DNA of 64,000 bases from Pseudomonadota bacterium. Lineage in GTDB: Bacteria > Pseudomonadota > Alphaproteobacteria > Rhodobacterales > Rhodobacteraceae. The notes beneath the pieces are model-generated. The model was not told where the DNA came from. It did not search any database and saw nothing but the letters and a program-made list of their open reading frames with translations. The position numbers and the translations under genes are program-made. This document shows, piece by piece, positions 18,126 to 27,371 of this stretch (its first letter is position 1; each line of letters begins with the position of its first letter). The stretch spans positions 2,229 to 66,228 of the forward strand of contig JBEEOG010000146.1 in the NCBI GenBank assembly GCA_041191745.1, read 5' to 3'.

Positions 18126-19293
18126 GCGGCGCGGCGGCGTCGTAGTCGATCTCGATCTCGATCCGGCGGTTCTTCGCACGGCCTTCCTCGGTCGCGTTGT
18201 CGGCGACGGGGGCCATCTCGCCCTTGCTGGTGGCAAGGGCCTTGGCGGGGTCGATCTGCCCCGTCGCGACCAACTCGCGCACCACCGCCGCCGCCCGCGC
18301 CGCCCCGAGGCCGAGGTTGTCGACATAGGGCGACGCGCCGAGCGGCACGCTGTCGGTATGGCCCGTCACGGTCACCCGCGCGTCGGGCCCCATCGCGGTT
18401 TCGGCGATGCGCGCCATCAGGGCGCGCGCCTCCTCCGTCAGGTCGGCGGAACCCGAGGCGAAGCCGCCCCCTTCGCCCACGGTGACGAACACCTTGCCCT
18501 CGCGCCGTTCGACCTGCACCAGCCCGCGCCCGATCTCTTCGCGCAGCATCACGGAAAGCCGCGCCTCGGCAAAGCCGGGGCTGCGGTGCGGTCCCTTGGC
18601 GACGCCGCCCTGCCCGCCGCGCCCCGGGGCGGATTCGGCATCGCTTCCCGCCTCTGCGCCCTGTTCGGGGGCCTGTTCCGGGGCCGTTTCCGGGGCCTGT
18701 CCGGCCCCTGTCACCGCCGTATCGGCAAGCGCGGCCAGCGCCTCGGCCACGGCCTTGGCATCGGGCTGGCCCGCGCCTTCGGGGATGCGGACGGTGACGC
18801 TGTCTTTGCCCTGTTCCACCGCGACCGTGCCCGAGGACAGCGCGTCCAGCAGCGCCTTGGCCGCCAGCTGCCCCTGTTCCGCGCCATCCCCCGCGCCCGC
18901 ATCGCCGCGACGGTCATCGCCCTCCGCGCCGCTTTCGGCATCGGACGGGGCTTCGCCCTTGGCATCCTCGCCCGACTGGAAATCGAACTCGATCACCGTG
19001 CCGTTGGGCGGGTTCTGCAGGATCGGATCGATCATCGAGGTGCCGAAGGTTTCGCGCATCGACCCCGCCATCTTGGCGAAGGACGGCTCGTCGAACTTGG
19101 CAAAGCCGAGGATCAGCACGAAGAAGGCCATCAGGTTCGTGGCGATGTCGGCGAATGTCGCCAGCCATGCCGGCGCGCCCACGGGCGGGCATTTGGGGCA
19201 ATCGGGGCCGTCGTCGTCGTCATCGACGGCCACCGCCGCGCCGGTGACCTGATCGCGCCCCGCGACGGGCAGCTTGCGGACGTTCGATGCCAT
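18115..19293 (-). CDS. motB: Flagellar stator subunit MotB (PomB-like)
   Basis: CPPVGAPAWLATFADI..LMAFFVLIL TM with conserved Asp; OmpA-like GHTD..N..L..ARA..NRRIEI. Confidence 0.93.
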   Translation of the reverse strand: MASNVRKLPVAGRDQVTGAAVAVDDDDDGPDCPKCPPVGAPAWLATFADIATNLMAFFVLILGFAKFDEPSFAKMAGSMRETFGTSMIDPILQNPPNGTVIEFDFQSGEDAKGEAPSDAESGAEGDDRRGDAGAGDGAEQGQLAAKALLDALSSGTVAVEQGKDSVTVRIPEGAGQPDAKAVAEALAALADTAVTGAGQAPETAPEQAPEQGAEAGSDAESAPGRGGQGGVAKGPHRSPGFAEARLSVMLREEIGRGLVQVERREGKVFVTVGEGGGFASGSADLTEEARALMARIAETAMGPDARVTVTGHTDSVPLGASPYVDNLGLGAARAAAVVRELVATGQIDPAKALATSKGEMAPVADNATEEGRAKNRRIEIEIDYDAAAPLNP

Positions 19294-19294
19294 C

Positions 19295-20056
19295 TCACGC
19301 GGCCATCAGCTTGGCCTGCGCCTTGGGCGGCAGGACCGACACCATCTTTTCCTGGATCAGCCGCGGGCTTTCGGAGCGGGCGATGCCGCGCAGCCCTTCG
19401 ATCACCATCTCGCGGTAGGTCGCCTCCTCCTCGGTATAGCTTTCGAGCTTCACGAGGATCGGGCCAAAGACGACATTGGCCACGAGCGCGCCGTAAAGCG
19501 TCGTCAGCAGCGCGACCGCCATCGCGGGGCCGATGGATTGCGGGTCGGACATGTTGCCCAGCATCAGGACCAGACCGATCAGCGTGCCCACCATGCCCAT
19601 GGCGGGGCCATAGTCGATCCATGCCTTCACCGCGCCCTGATAGCCCGCATGGCGCGCCTTCATCGCCTTGATCTCGCGGTTCAGCTGCTTGGTCAGCTTC
19701 GCCTCGTCCGCGCCATCGACCAGCATCTGCAGGCCCTTCTCGAAGAACTTGTCGGGCACGGCCTGCCCTTCCAGCGCCATCATCCCGTCCTTGCGGGCGA
19801 TCTCGGACAGGGCCACCATCCGCTCGATCAGCGCCTCCATCGGCAGCGCGGGCGGCTTGAACGCCTTGGCCATCGCCCCGAAATGGCCAAGGAAAACCGG
19901 CATCGGCCGCGTGATCATCACCACGAAGAACGTGCCCCCGAACACGATCACGACCGAGGGGATGTCGACGAACGGCATCACGCCCCCGGCATAGACCATC
20001 GATCCGATGATCATCACGATTGCCCCGACGAGCCCGACGAGTGAGGCCAGATCCAT
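19295..20056 (-). CDS. motA: Flagellar stator subunit MotA (PomA-like, 253 aa)
   Basis: MDLASLVGL..FVDIPS; ARKDGMMALE; PAMGMVGTLIGLVLML; IGPAMAVALLTTLYG. Confidence 0.95.
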   Translation of the reverse strand: MDLASLVGLVGAIVMIIGSMVYAGGVMPFVDIPSVVIVFGGTFFVVMITRPMPVFLGHFGAMAKAFKPPALPMEALIERMVALSEIARKDGMMALEGQAVPDKFFEKGLQMLVDGADEAKLTKQLNREIKAMKARHAGYQGAVKAWIDYGPAMGMVGTLIGLVLMLGNMSDPQSIGPAMAVALLTTLYGALVANVVFGPILVKLESYTEEEATYREMVIEGLRGIARSESPRLIQEKMVSVLPPKAQAKLMAA

Positions 20057-20097
20057 AGCGATTCCCGCAGCTTGAGTGCCCTTGCGGGGCATCCTGC

Positions 20098-20113
20098 GGC
20101 AAGTTGCGTGCCA
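20098..20113 (-). promoter_or_regulatory. sigma54 promoter of motAB
   Basis: Minus strand TGGCAC-GCAAC-TTGCC. Confidence 0.85.
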
Positions 20114-20152
20114 AGGGGCGCAGGGCGCGGGGCGGATTCTTCGCCGCTTTGC

Positions 20153-20178
20153 TAAACATCCGTGGCGGGGGCCGTTGT
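20153..20178 (+). promoter_or_regulatory. sigma28 (FliA) promoter of fliC
   Basis: TAAA-N14-GCCGTTGT, 50 bp upstream of the fliC ATG. Confidence 0.8.
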
Positions 20179-20227
20179 CATTGCCAGAGCGCCACGGGGC
20201 GTGACGGCAAACCAGGAGGCTGGACCC

Positions 20228-21703
20228 ATGACTTCGATCAATACCAACATCGGTGCCATTTCCGCGCAGGCGAACATGGCCAAGGTCAACGACGACTTCA
20301 ACACCGCGATGACGCGCCTGTCCTCGGGCCTGCGGATCAACGCCGCCAAGGACGACGCGGCCGGCATGGCCATCGCCGAAAAGATGACCGCGCAGGTCAT
20401 GGGCATCAATCAGGCGATCCGCAACGCCTCGGACGGCAAGAACCTGCTCGACACCACGGAAAGCGCGCATGTCGAAGTGTCGAACATGCTGCAGCGGATG
20501 CGCGAACTGGCAGTGCAGTCGGCCAACGACACCAACACCGGTTCGGACCGCGGCAACATCACCTCGGAAGCGCGCCAGCTGGTGGCCGAGATCAACCGCA
20601 TCGCGGAAAACACCACCTTCAACGGCATGAAGGTCATGGACGGGTCCTTCACGGGCAAGCAGTTCCAGATCGGTGCCGACCTTGGCCAGACGCTGTCGAT
20701 CTCGATCGACTCGGCCGCCGCGACCGATATCGGCGCCTACAAGGTGAAGTCCGAAGTCTCGCTCGCCGAAACGGGCGGCGTGACGCCCGCCAAGCAGCTG
20801 ATCGTGTCGGGCCATGCGGGCAATGCCGAGATCACCACGACGACCGACATGTCGGCCAAGGAACTGGCCGCCGCGGTGAATGCCAAGTCCTCCTCGACCG
20901 GCGTGCAGGCCACCGCCGTGACCAAGGCGAAGCTGTCGGGCCTGACGGATGTCGGCAAGATCTCGTTCAAGATCAACGACCAGTCGATCGGCACGGTCGC
21001 CATCTCGAACAAGGATGACCTGCGCTCGCTGCGCGATGCGATCAACACCAAGACCACCTCGACCGGTGTGACCGCCTCGATGGGGACGGACAATTCGGAA
21101 ATCATCCTGACCGACTCCACCGGCAAGAACATCGAGATCACCGACTACACCGCCGCCGACAGCGGGGCCGCCGCCGAAGCCGACCTGACCGTGACGGCGC
21201 TGGAAGCCGACGGCACCGCCGGCACCGACATCGACCTGAAGGGCGATGCCTCGGTCGACACGGCCACCGTGACGGGGCAGGTGACCTTCACCTCGACCCA
21301 GACCTTCTCGGTCAACTCGGCCGAGATCGACGGCGGCGCGAACGAGGTGGGCTTCTTCTCCGACACCGCCAATGCCGCCGATCTGGAATCGGTCGCCGAC
21401 ATCGACCTGTCGAGCGCGGAATCCTCGGCCGAGGCGATCACCGTCATCGACGTCGCGCTGCAGAAGATCAGCCAGGCGCGCGGCAACCTCGGCGCCATGT
21501 CGAACCGCCTCGACTCCACCATCTCGAACCTGACCAACATCTCGGTGTCGGTGCAGGCCGCGAAATCGCAGGTCGTGGATGCCGACTTCGCCAAGGAATC
21601 GACGAACCTCGCCCGCGGGCAGATCCTGTCGCAGGCCGCGACCGCGATGTTGGCGCAGGCGAACTCGTCCAAGCAGAACGTCCTGAGTCTGCTCCGCGGC
21701 TGA
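20228..21703 (+). CDS. fliC: Flagellin
   Basis: INTNIGA..RLSSGLRINAAKDDAAG; MLQRMRELAVQSANDTN; DADFAKES..QIL.QA..AMLAQAN; RBS AGGAGG. Confidence 0.98.
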   Translation: MTSINTNIGAISAQANMAKVNDDFNTAMTRLSSGLRINAAKDDAAGMAIAEKMTAQVMGINQAIRNASDGKNLLDTTESAHVEVSNMLQRMRELAVQSANDTNTGSDRGNITSEARQLVAEINRIAENTTFNGMKVMDGSFTGKQFQIGADLGQTLSISIDSAAATDIGAYKVKSEVSLAETGGVTPAKQLIVSGHAGNAEITTTTDMSAKELAAAVNAKSSSTGVQATAVTKAKLSGLTDVGKISFKINDQSIGTVAISNKDDLRSLRDAINTKTTSTGVTASMGTDNSEIILTDSTGKNIEITDYTAADSGAAAEADLTVTALEADGTAGTDIDLKGDASVDTATVTGQVTFTSTQTFSVNSAEIDGGANEVGFFSDTANAADLESVADIDLSSAESSAEAITVIDVALQKISQARGNLGAMSNRLDSTISNLTNISVSVQAAKSQVVDADFAKESTNLARGQILSQAATAMLAQANSSKQNVLSLLRG

Positions 21704-21727
21704 CGGAAGTTTGACTCCGGCCCCAGT

Positions 21728-21760
21728 GGCCCCCGGCGCTGTCGCGTCGGGGGCCGTTTG
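21728..21760 (+). terminator. Terminator hairpin after fliC
   Basis: GGCCCCCGGCGC-TGTC-GCGTCGGGGGCC followed by GTTTG. Confidence 0.65.
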
Positions 21761-21888
21761 ATTCCGCGGGTTTGGCCTGCCCGTGGCGGGGCTGTCCTGT
21801 CGGGTTTTCGCCGTTTTAGGGGTGTCAAACGCATTTTTTGCAACCCAAACGAGTCGTGTGCTGTGTCAGGGGCAAGGAGAATCCTGCC

Positions 21889-23223
21889 ATGCACCTTTTC
21901 GCAGCCCAGACCCTCGGTCACCGCCAGAGCCTCGTTGTCACCGCGCAACTGCAACAGGCGATCCAGCTTCTGCAGATGGGCAATGCCGATCTGCAGTCCT
22001 TCATCGAAGGTCAAGCCGAAGAGAACCCGTTTCTCGAGGTGGCGCTGCCCCGCAGCCTGCCGCGCAGCGACCTGACGCTTCCCTCGTCGCGCCGCGCGGC
22101 CGATGAGGACTGGGACCGTCTGGGCAACCTGTCGGCCGATCCCGGCCCGTCGCTTTACGCCCATGCCGCAGCCCATGTCGAACGGCTGGGGCTGGCCGGG
22201 CGCGACCGCGTGCTGGCGGACCTGTTCCTCGATGCGCTGGAACCTTCGGGCTGGATCGGTCAGGGGCTGGAGGCCGTGGCCGAACGCGCCTTTGCCACGG
22301 TCGAGGAGGCAGAACATGTCCTGCGCCAGTTGCAGCGGATCGAACCGGCGGGGCTTTTCGCGCGCAATCTGGCCGAATGCCTGCGCCTGCAGGCCGCCGA
22401 ACAGGGGCTGCTGACCCCCGCCTTCGGGCGGCTGCTGGACCATCTGCCGATGCTCGCGCAGGCCGATCTGCGCGGTCTGGCCCGCGTCTGCGGCTGCGAC
22501 ATGGAGACGTTGAAGGCCATGCTGCGCCAGTTGCGCGGCTTCGACCCGAAACCCGGCACGGGCTTTGACCACGGCGAAACCGCGCAGCGCCCGCCGGACC
22601 TGATCGTGACGCGGGGCGAAGGCGGATGGCGCGTGGACCTGAACCGGTCGACCCTGCCCACCGTCGTCGTCCGCGCGGACGAGGCCCGCCGCGTGGGCCG
22701 CGCCACCGACACCTCGGCCTATGTGGCCGAACGCCTGTCGGTCGCCCGCTGGCTGAGCCGCGCCGTCGAACACCGCAACCAGACGACCCTGAAGGTCGGG
22801 GCCGAGGTGGTGCGCCGTCAGGCAGAGTTCCTCGAACACGGGCCCGCGCGGATGCGGCCGATGATCCTGCGCGAGGTGGCCGATGCCATCGGCGTGCATG
22901 AAAGCACGGTCAGCCGCGTCTGTTCCGGCCTGATGATCGCCACGCCGCAGGGGACATTCCCGCTGAAGACCTTTTTCAGTGCCGCACTTGCCGGAACGGC
23001 GGGCGAGACGGGTTCCGCCTCGGCGGTGCGGCACCGCATCCAGAAGCTGGTGCAGTCCGAACGCCCCGACAGCCCCCTGTCGGATGACGAGATCGCGCGC
23101 ATCATCGAACGGGAGGACGGCGTGCAACTGGCCCGCCGGACGGTGGCGAAATACCGCGACCAGTTGCGTATCCCCTCGTCCGTCGAACGCCGCCGCCGCG
23201 CCGCCGTGGCGGGGCAGATGTGA
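21889..23223 (+). CDS. rpoN: RNA polymerase sigma54 factor, flagellar-cluster copy
   Basis: QLQQAIQLLQM, ENPFLE, HESTVSR, RpoN box ARRTVAKYR; RBS AAGGAG. Confidence 0.96.
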   Translation: MHLFAAQTLGHRQSLVVTAQLQQAIQLLQMGNADLQSFIEGQAEENPFLEVALPRSLPRSDLTLPSSRRAADEDWDRLGNLSADPGPSLYAHAAAHVERLGLAGRDRVLADLFLDALEPSGWIGQGLEAVAERAFATVEEAEHVLRQLQRIEPAGLFARNLAECLRLQAAEQGLLTPAFGRLLDHLPMLAQADLRGLARVCGCDMETLKAMLRQLRGFDPKPGTGFDHGETAQRPPDLIVTRGEGGWRVDLNRSTLPTVVVRADEARRVGRATDTSAYVAERLSVARWLSRAVEHRNQTTLKVGAEVVRRQAEFLEHGPARMRPMILREVADAIGVHESTVSRVCSGLMIATPQGTFPLKTFFSAALAGTAGETGSASAVRHRIQKLVQSERPDSPLSDDEIARIIEREDGVQLARRTVAKYRDQLRIPSSVERRRRAAVAGQM

Positions 23224-23247
23224 CAAGCGCCGCCCGAGCGCGGGGGG

Positions 23248-23263
23248 CGGCACGCTTGTTGCA
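23248..23263 (+). promoter_or_regulatory. sigma54 promoter of fliOPQR-flhB
   Basis: CGGCAC-GCTTG-TTGCA. Confidence 0.85.
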
Positions 23264-23304
23264 AGCCCCGCGTGCATGACCCCTGTGCCTGAAACGCCCG
23301 AGCG

Positions 23305-23610
23305 ATGACCGACGTGATCCGCCCCGAACAGATCGTGACGCTGGCCCTGTTCCTTGCCGTGCTGGGGCTGGTCTGGCTGCTGGTGCGGATGAACCGCCAC
23401 GGGCTGGCCCGCCGCCTGACGGGCGCGCGCCGCCTGCGTCTGGCCGAGGTGCTGCCCCTCTCGCCCGTCGACCGCGCCCTGATCGTCGAGGCGGATGGCC
23501 AGTCCTTCCTGCTGGTCCGCTGCAAGGGCGCGGCCCCGCTGATCCAGCCGCTCGGCCCCGCCCGCGCGGAGGCGCCGCCCATGGTGCAACCGCAGGGGGA
23601 TGCGGCATGA
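23305..23610 (+). CDS. fliO: Flagellar export protein FliO
   Basis: Single TM then LRLAEVLPLSP..R..IVE.DGQ.FLL; precedes fliP. Confidence 0.8.
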   Translation: MTDVIRPEQIVTLALFLAVLGLVWLLVRMNRHGLARRLTGARRLRLAEVLPLSPVDRALIVEADGQSFLLVRCKGAAPLIQPLGPARAEAPPMVQPQGDAA

Positions 23611-24353
23611 AACTGCCCTTCGTCATCCTCGGCATCCTGCTTCTGATCCCTGCCGCCGCGTTCTCGCAGGGGCTGCCCGCCCTGACCCTGACCGAAGGCG
23701 AAGGCGGCACGACCTATTCGCTCTCGCTCCAGATCGTGGCGCTGATGACGGCGCTGACGGTGCTGCCCTCGCTTCTTCTGGGCATGACGGCCTTCACCCG
23801 CATCATCATCGTGCTGTCGATCCTGCGGCAGGCGCTGGGCACGCAGCAGACGCCGCCCAATCAGGTGCTGATCGCGCTGGCGCTGTTCCTGACCTTCTTC
23901 GTCATGCAGCCCACCTTCACCCAGATCCACGACCGCGCGCTTGGCCCCTATCTCGACGGCCAGATGCAGGCCGAACCCGCCATTGCCGAGGCATCAAGCA
24001 TCCTGCGCGGCTTCCTGATCGAGAACACGCGCCAGAACGACCTGATGATGTTCGCCCAGATGGCGGGGGATGACGGCTATGACAGTCCCGCCGACGTGCC
24101 CTTTTCCGTCCTTCTGCCCGCCTTCATGACGTCAGAACTGAAGACCGCCTTCCAGATCGGGTTCCTGCTGTTCCTGCCCTTCCTCGTGATCGACATGGTC
24201 GTGGCCTCGATCCTGATGGCGCTGGGGATGATGATGCTGTCGCCCATGATGGTGTCGCTGCCGATCAAGCTGATCCTGTTCGTGCTGGTGGACGGCTGGG
24301 CGCTGACCGTGGGGTCGCTCGCCGCGACCTATGGCCTCGGCGGGGGCGGCTGA
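23607..24353 (+). CDS. fliP: Flagellar export gate FliP
   Basis: MTAFTRIIIVLSILRQALG.QQTPPNQVL; PAF..SELKTAFQIGF; LGMMMLSP. Confidence 0.98.
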   Translation: MKLPFVILGILLLIPAAAFSQGLPALTLTEGEGGTTYSLSLQIVALMTALTVLPSLLLGMTAFTRIIIVLSILRQALGTQQTPPNQVLIALALFLTFFVMQPTFTQIHDRALGPYLDGQMQAEPAIAEASSILRGFLIENTRQNDLMMFAQMAGDDGYDSPADVPFSVLLPAFMTSELKTAFQIGFLLFLPFLVIDMVVASILMALGMMMLSPMMVSLPIKLILFVLVDGWALTVGSLAATYGLGGGG

Positions 24354-24622
24354 TGGATTTCGACGGCAATATCGAACATCTGCGGCTGGCCTACTGGACG
24401 ATCCTTGTCACCGGCGGGCCGGTGCTGGCGGTGGCGCTGGTGGTGGGCCTTGTGATCGGCGTGCTGCAGGCGGCGACGTCGATCAACGAACAGACCATTT
24501 CCTTCGTCCCGAAGCTTGCCATCGTGATGCTGACCATGGCGCTCGCCTCGGGGTTCATGCTGACGACGATGACCGACTATTTCGGCTTCGTCTTCGAAAC
24601 CATCCGGACGATGAACGGATGA
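24353..24622 (+). CDS. fliQ: Flagellar export gate FliQ
   Basis: VGLVIGVLQAATSINEQTISFVPKL. Confidence 0.97.
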   Translation: MDFDGNIEHLRLAYWTILVTGGPVLAVALVVGLVIGVLQAATSINEQTISFVPKLAIVMLTMALASGFMLTTMTDYFGFVFETIRTMNG

Positions 24623-25416
24623 ACACGGGCTTTCCCCTGCCCGCCATGGGGCTGACCGAACTGACGGGGTGGCTTGCCCAATACCTGTTCGCCATGCTGC
24701 GGATCGGGGCCTTCCTTCTGGCCTCGCCCGCCTTCGGGGGTCGCTTCCTGCCCGCCACCGTGCGGATCATGGCCGGCGCCGTGCTGGCCCTGCCCGTGGT
24801 CGCCACCGTTCCGTTGCCCCCGCCCGAGGCGCTGGCGGGCCTGCCCGCCATCCCGCTGGTGATGGCCGAGCTTGCCATCGGCCTGACGGCGGGGCTGGTC
24901 CTGACGATTCTGTTCGGCGCGGCGGCCACGGCGGGCGACCGCATCGCCGCGACGGCGGGCCTTGGCTTTGCCGCGCAGATCGATCCGGCGGCGGGCGGGC
25001 AGACGCCCGTGGTGGCGCAGCTTTTCGGCATCTTCACGCTGATGGTCTTTCTGGCGGGCGACGGGCATCTGGTGGCCATCCGCATCCTGCTTGAAAGCTA
25101 TGCGACCTTTCCCCCCGGCAGCCCGCCCGCGCTGGCCGACCTGACGGCGGCGGGGCTGACTGCCGGAACGGGGCTTTTCGCGCTGGCGATGGGGATCATG
25201 CTGCCGGTCGTGGCCGTCCTTCTGCTGGTCAATTTCGTGATCGGTGTCATCACCCGTTCGGCCCCTGCGCTGAACCTCTTCTCCTTCGGCTTTCCGCTGA
25301 CCATGACCGCCACGCTGCTGCTGCTGTGGCTGACCGTCCCCAGCATGGCGGGCGCGCTGGAGCATCTGGTGGAAACCGCGCTCGCCCTGATCGGCGGGCT
25401 TCTGGCCACGGGGTAG
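24619..25416 (+). CDS. fliR: Flagellar export gate FliR
   Basis: LRIGAF..P.FG; GLGFA..DP; DGHL; RSAP.LNLFSFGFP. Confidence 0.96.
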   Translation: MNTGFPLPAMGLTELTGWLAQYLFAMLRIGAFLLASPAFGGRFLPATVRIMAGAVLALPVVATVPLPPPEALAGLPAIPLVMAELAIGLTAGLVLTILFGAAATAGDRIAATAGLGFAAQIDPAAGGQTPVVAQLFGIFTLMVFLAGDGHLVAIRILLESYATFPPGSPPALADLTAAGLTAGTGLFALAMGIMLPVVAVLLLVNFVIGVITRSAPALNLFSFGFPLTMTATLLLLWLTVPSMAGALEHLVETALALIGGLLATG

Positions 25417-25419
25417 GCG

Positions 25420-26571
25420 ATGGCCGAGGAAGACGACGGCGCCGAACGGTCCGAGGAACCGACGCAGAAGCGCAAGGACGACGCGCGCGAGGAAGGCCGC
25501 GTCCTGACCTCGAAAGAGGCGATGGTCTTCGCGGGATTTGCCGTGGCGACGGGGATGCTGGCCGCAGCCCCCGCGCTGATGCCCTGGGTCGTGGCGCAAT
25601 GGGCGGGCCTGTTCCGCATGTCCGCCGCCGCCGATCTGGCCGATACGGTGGCCGCCCGTTCCGACGGGGCGCTGTGGCTGGTCCTGGGCCTGTCGGTCGT
25701 GGTGGCGCTGCCCCTGCTGCTGGCGACCGTCGGGATACAGGCCGCCATCGGCGGGCTGCATTTCGCGCCCAAGGCGCTGGAATTCAAGCCGGACAAGATC
25801 GATCCGCTGGCGGGGCTGAAGCGGATGGTCTCGGCCAATGCGCTGGCCGAGCTGGTCAAGGCGGTGGCCAAGGTCGTCATCCTCGGCGTGGTGTCGGTCC
25901 TGATCCTGAAGGACATGCTGCCCGTGATGGACCGCCTCTGGACCGTCGGCGCGGCCGAGGCGGGGGCCGTGCTGGGCGATGCGCTCTACCGTCTGATGGT
26001 GGCGCTGACGCTGGTCCTGCTGGTGATCGGCGCGGCCGATCTGGTCTGGCAGTGGCGCACGCTGAACAAGGGCCTGATGATGACGCTGCAGGACGTGAAG
26101 CAGGAGATGAAGGAACAGAACGGCTCGCCCGAGGTGAAGGGCCGCCTGCGCCAGTTGCAGATGGAGGCCGCCCGCCGCGCGGGGCGCGAACGCAGGGCGC
26201 TGGCCGATGTGCCGACCGCCACTGCCATCGTCACCAACCCCACGCATTTCGCCGTGGCCCTGCGCTATGTGCCGGGCGACACGCGCGCGCCGGTGATCGT
26301 GGCGATGGGGCGCGGGCCGATGGCGGCCGAAATCCGCGAACGGGCGGCACGGGCGGGCATCGCGCAGCTGCGTATCCCCTATCTGGCCCGCGCGCTCTAC
26401 TTCACCGGCGATATCGGGGCCGAGATCGCCGAAGGGCTTTATGCCGCCGTCGCCGCCGTGCTGGCGCATGTCTACCGTCTGGACCGTGGCGAGGCGGGGC
26501 CGCCCCCCGACATCGACCTGCCGCCCGAGTTGCGCTTTTCCGAACAGGGCCGCCCCGAGGCGGGCGCATGA
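25420..26571 (+). CDS. flhB: Export specificity switch FlhB
   Basis: EEPT.KR..AREEG; E.KE..GSPEVK; autocleavage motif TNPTHFAVAL. Confidence 0.97.
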   Translation: MAEEDDGAERSEEPTQKRKDDAREEGRVLTSKEAMVFAGFAVATGMLAAAPALMPWVVAQWAGLFRMSAAADLADTVAARSDGALWLVLGLSVVVALPLLLATVGIQAAIGGLHFAPKALEFKPDKIDPLAGLKRMVSANALAELVKAVAKVVILGVVSVLILKDMLPVMDRLWTVGAAEAGAVLGDALYRLMVALTLVLLVIGAADLVWQWRTLNKGLMMTLQDVKQEMKEQNGSPEVKGRLRQLQMEAARRAGRERRALADVPTATAIVTNPTHFAVALRYVPGDTRAPVIVAMGRGPMAAEIRERAARAGIAQLRIPYLARALYFTGDIGAEIAEGLYAAVAAVLAHVYRLDRGEAGPPPDIDLPPELRFSEQGRPEAGA

Positions 26572-26578
26572 CGTGCCA

Positions 26579-26594
26579 TGGCATGGCGCTTGCA
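26579..26594 (+). promoter_or_regulatory. sigma54 promoter upstream of motF-like gene
   Basis: TGGCAT-GGCGC-TTGCA. Confidence 0.8.
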
Positions 26595-26641
26595 GGCGGG
26601 GGGCACGCTTTCGCGGCCCCGCATGCCGCCCGGAGACTGCC

Positions 26642-27370
26642 ATGACCGACGAGACACCGACGCTCGACACCGCGCTGCGCCGCGCGCTGGAGGCCGCCGA
26701 CCTTGCCACCGACGCGGCCGAGGATCTGGCCCGTCTGGGGCGCGGGAACGAGGTCTTCGTAGACCGCGTCACCGCCGCGCAGCGCCGCATGACGGGGCTG
26801 GCCATCGGCGCGGCGGCGGGTGCGCTGGTCGCGCTGGCCCTTGCGACGCTGGTCTATTTCCGCGCGGTCGGCAACCTGCAGGACGCAGCCGCGATGCAGG
26901 CCGAAACCGCCCGCGTGATCGCCGAGGACATCCTGTCCTTCCGCAGGATGCGGGAAGAGGATGTCGCCGCGACCCACGCGCTGCTGGAGCAGGTGCAGGC
27001 GCTGCCCGCACGGATGGATGCCGCCATCGCGGCCATCGCACGGGAAACGCCCGACAGGCCCGCGACGGATGGCGCGCTGGAACAGGCGGTCGGGGCGCGT
27101 GTCGATGCGGCGCGCGACGAGATCCTTGCCGCGCTGGCCGAGGTGCAGCTTGGCCTTCCCCCCGAAGCCGCTCCCGATCTGGCCCCCGATCTGGCGGCGG
27201 CGCTGGCGCGGATCGAGGCGGGGCTTCTGCGCGTGACCGCCGCCCCCGCGACGCCGGTCGCCGCCGCACCGGCACGCGCGCCAAGCGCCAAGCCTGCCGC
27301 CGCGCCGGCCCCGCGCCCGCGCGTGACGCAGTCGCCGCCGTCCGAACCCAACCCCTTTGCCTATCCCTGA
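26642..27370 (+). CDS. motF: MotF-like single-pass membrane protein (242 aa)
   Basis: Follows flhB; one TM at about residues 52-73, helical region, Pro/Ala-rich tail ending PNPFAYP; position and architecture match R. sphaeroides MotF as I recall it. Confidence 0.7.
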   Translation: MTDETPTLDTALRRALEAADLATDAAEDLARLGRGNEVFVDRVTAAQRRMTGLAIGAAAGALVALALATLVYFRAVGNLQDAAAMQAETARVIAEDILSFRRMREEDVAATHALLEQVQALPARMDAAIAAIARETPDRPATDGALEQAVGARVDAARDEILAALAEVQLGLPPEAAPDLAPDLAAALARIEAGLLRVTAAPATPVAAAPARAPSAKPAAAPAPRPRVTQSPPSEPNPFAYP

Positions 27371-27371
27371 C

